Below are positions 61,519 through 64,000 of a DNA stretch of 64,000 nucleotides, in pieces; the first letter of the stretch is position 1, and each line of letters opens with the position of its first letter. The stretch lies in assembly GCF_009914755.1 (NCBI RefSeq), contig NC_060936.1. One strand, written 5' to 3'. The translations under genes were made by a program, and so were the position numbers. The notes beneath the pieces were generated by a model that was given only the letters and a program-made list of their open reading frames with translations, did not search any database and was not told the DNA's origin. Origin of the DNA: the human T2T-CHM13v2.0 reference genome, Homo sapiens.

Positions 61519-62355
61519 TTTTCTTTTATTTTTCTAAGATACTTTTGTTACAAAGAGTATAAAATATGTATGTGCAGTTTAATAATAATTTAAAATGAGC
61601 AACCTCAGACTCTGACATTTGTGAAGCAGTCTCTCATTAAGGTTTAAATTACACCTCCTAATAATGTTCATCATTTATTAATTTGCTTATTGGCTATTTA
61701 GAAATCCTCTTTTGTAAAAGGACCTTTTAACTGTTTTTCCTATTTAAATTTGTATTTGAAATTTTATTACTTATTTGTAGTACTTCTTTTCATATTCTAT
61801 GTATACCCCCATAACACACATATATACTATATTTATCTTCACTCAATCTTTGGTTTGCTTTTTCACTGTCTTAATGTTGTCTGTCAATGAACAGAAATAA
61901 TTTTTATTTTATTCAGTCCAATTAATTAATCTCCTGTTTTAAAAAATAACCCACAAAAGAGTAGATAATAACAATTGCTCATGATGGTTTATTAAAGCAA
62001 AAACCACTATAACACTTTCAATATACATTATTCAACTGCAACATACACACATATACACATGATCAAAGAGGTATGCATACATTTTTATATATGGGGATAT
62101 ACATTTTATATATAAGTATGCACTTTATATATTTACATATATAAATCTTATCAAATTTCAAGGAACTCTTAAATATACACATACATACATATATAAATTC
62201 TTAGATACATCTATGAATAAATGTTCTAATCAATAGATGAATAAAAATTAAAAACTTTAAATTCCTTACCAACAAGGAAAGCAAATGTTTTAAAAAATTG
62301 ATTGATTATTCTAAATATCCTTAAGTTGTATTTGTTTTGCTTAGTTAATAAGTTG

Positions 62356-62636
62356 AGCCGAGTGCAGTGGCTCATGCTTGTGATGCCAGCACTTTGGGAG
62401 GCCAAGTTGAGTCCAGGAGTTTGAGACCAGCCTGAGTAATGTGGCAAAACCCTGTCTTTACTAAAAACACAAAAAATTAGTTGGGTGTGATGGCGCATGC
62501 CTACAGTCCCAGCTACTCAGGAGGCTGAGGTGGGAGAATCACCTGAGCCCAGGAAGTCAAGGCTGCAGTGAGCCGTGTTTGCACCACTGTACTCCAACCT
62601 GGGAAATGGGAGTGAGAGCCTCTCTCAAAAATAAAT
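62356..62636 (+). mobile_element. AluJ
   Basis: Alu with an internal deletion and AluJ motifs. Confidence 0.88.
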
Positions 62637-63211
62637 TGGCAAGGGACAGTAGGAAATAATCTTTTGCCAGAGAGTCTAGTTTGAATAAAAACATTATACC
62701 TCATTGTAAATAAATAAATACAAATTTTCATTTATACTACAGTCTGTTACTACTTATGACTCTAATAAACTATTAAACCAATGCTTCCCTAAATATCCCT
62801 ATTCTGACCAATCAAACTGTAACAGGTTCCTGTGTAGCCATCAAAATGGATCGATCAAAGAAAATATATTTGAACAGACTTTATGCAAATGAATGTTTGT
62901 GAGCTTGTGAACTTTTTTCTTTTTAACTATTTGATCAAAAAATCATTTTTCACAACAAATTTGCCTGGAGGTGATTTCACCTGAGAAGTCCCAGAGAGAC
63001 TAGGCTTTAGAATGTCAGTTGAAAACTATTTCTTTCCTGCTTGGGGAACAAAACACCATTTTCAACTCCCACTAGATTCTAAGGATTTAGATTTAATGAT
63101 TATAGGCCATTGCATCAATCTAGATGTTCCAAAGGCCACACCTAGGAGATCCCCATTGGTCCTTATAACAATCAATGTTATTAAAGTTCTTTCTTATTAA
63201 ATCTGACTTCG

Positions 63212-63450
63212 TATTGTGACTATAGAACATAAAAGCTGTTCTCCTGTCCAACAAAGGCAATCACCTGAACCGGCAACCTTAACATAGCTGCACTGCAGAT
63301 TGGTTAAACCAAACTATACTGCATATAAATGAGACATTGGTTTCAGAAACAGGAAAACTAAAGGATATTTTAGAACCTTTGAAAAAAGGACCTGCCCTAT
63401 GGCTATTTAACTTATTAGTGTAGAATTCACTAAAGCATTTTATCATCAAT
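63212..63450 (+). mobile_element. Ancient RTE-clade LINE reverse-transcriptase relic (MamRTE/L4-like)
   Basis: Manual translation gives YCDYRT*KLFSCPTK, then IGFRNRKT...FEK......I*LISVEFTKAFY. Confidence 0.55.
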
Positions 63451-64000
63451 AGGACTTTATAAACTCAACCATGAAACAATATTTTAAAAGTAACCTTCTC
63501 CAGTTCATTGTTATTTTTAGCAGAGGCAGCTAAATAAAAATCCTGCAGCCAAGTTGGAGAGAAGATTGCCGTACTGGACAGGATGTACAGGCAATCTGTA
63601 TTTGGGGCATGGGAAGGATTTTGAGGCTGAGTTTCTAGATAAAGATTTAATTAGTAAAGATTCAGATGTCCCCCTTGGCTGGGCTTTGAACTCATCAGGA
63701 ATAGCCAGGACCAGGAAACTGATGGGGACATCATAATGAGTCCTATGGGTGACCCAAGGTCAGACTTAGGATGTAAGGCCAAAGCTGGGAGTTATGAGTA
63801 AACATTCACTGTTCAAGGAAATAGAGCACTGTTGTAACCCAGACCTGAAGACTCATGAAATACATACTTGAGGGCCATGAGGGAGAACACATTCTGGCCA
63901 TAAGGGAGAAATCTGGCCATAAGGGAGAAATGATCAGAGAATAGTGGGACAGGACATCCCCCTGTAAGGTAGGGATTACCAGCAGCAGGCATTTCCAGCA

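Overview
Primate, very likely human, genomic DNA dominated by repeats (L1, Alu, two SVAs, ERVs, DNA transposons). It contains the ANP32A retrocopy ANP32D (131-aa ORF, 12515-12910) and the spliced gene C12orf54. I assembled C12orf54 by hand from 7 small coding exons (23147-34785, 127 aa, all GT-AG, frames join exactly). An RPS10 processed pseudogene lies inside a C12orf54 intron. This gene order matches my recollection of human 12q13.11. Mobile elements include an L1PA4-type element in the ANP32D 3'UTR, a MER11 solo LTR, a deleted HERV-K14/HML-1 provirus in a four-layer nest and two minus-strand SVAs. There is no CRISPR array, rRNA or tRNA, and I see no convincing wholly new coding system. The most unusual signals are: (1) apparent short gene-conversion tracts between the two SVAs and between two inverted Alus; (2) two candidate 3' transductions; (3) ANP32D as a frame-intact split copy with an L1 antisense promoter pointing into it; (4) a tandem CRE-like promoter and an AKAP-like helix in C12orf54; (5) an unexplained 58-bp intronic duplication; (6) an ancient RTE-clade RT relic. 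Repeat subfamily names come from recalled consensus features and need RepeatMasker/Dfam confirmation.
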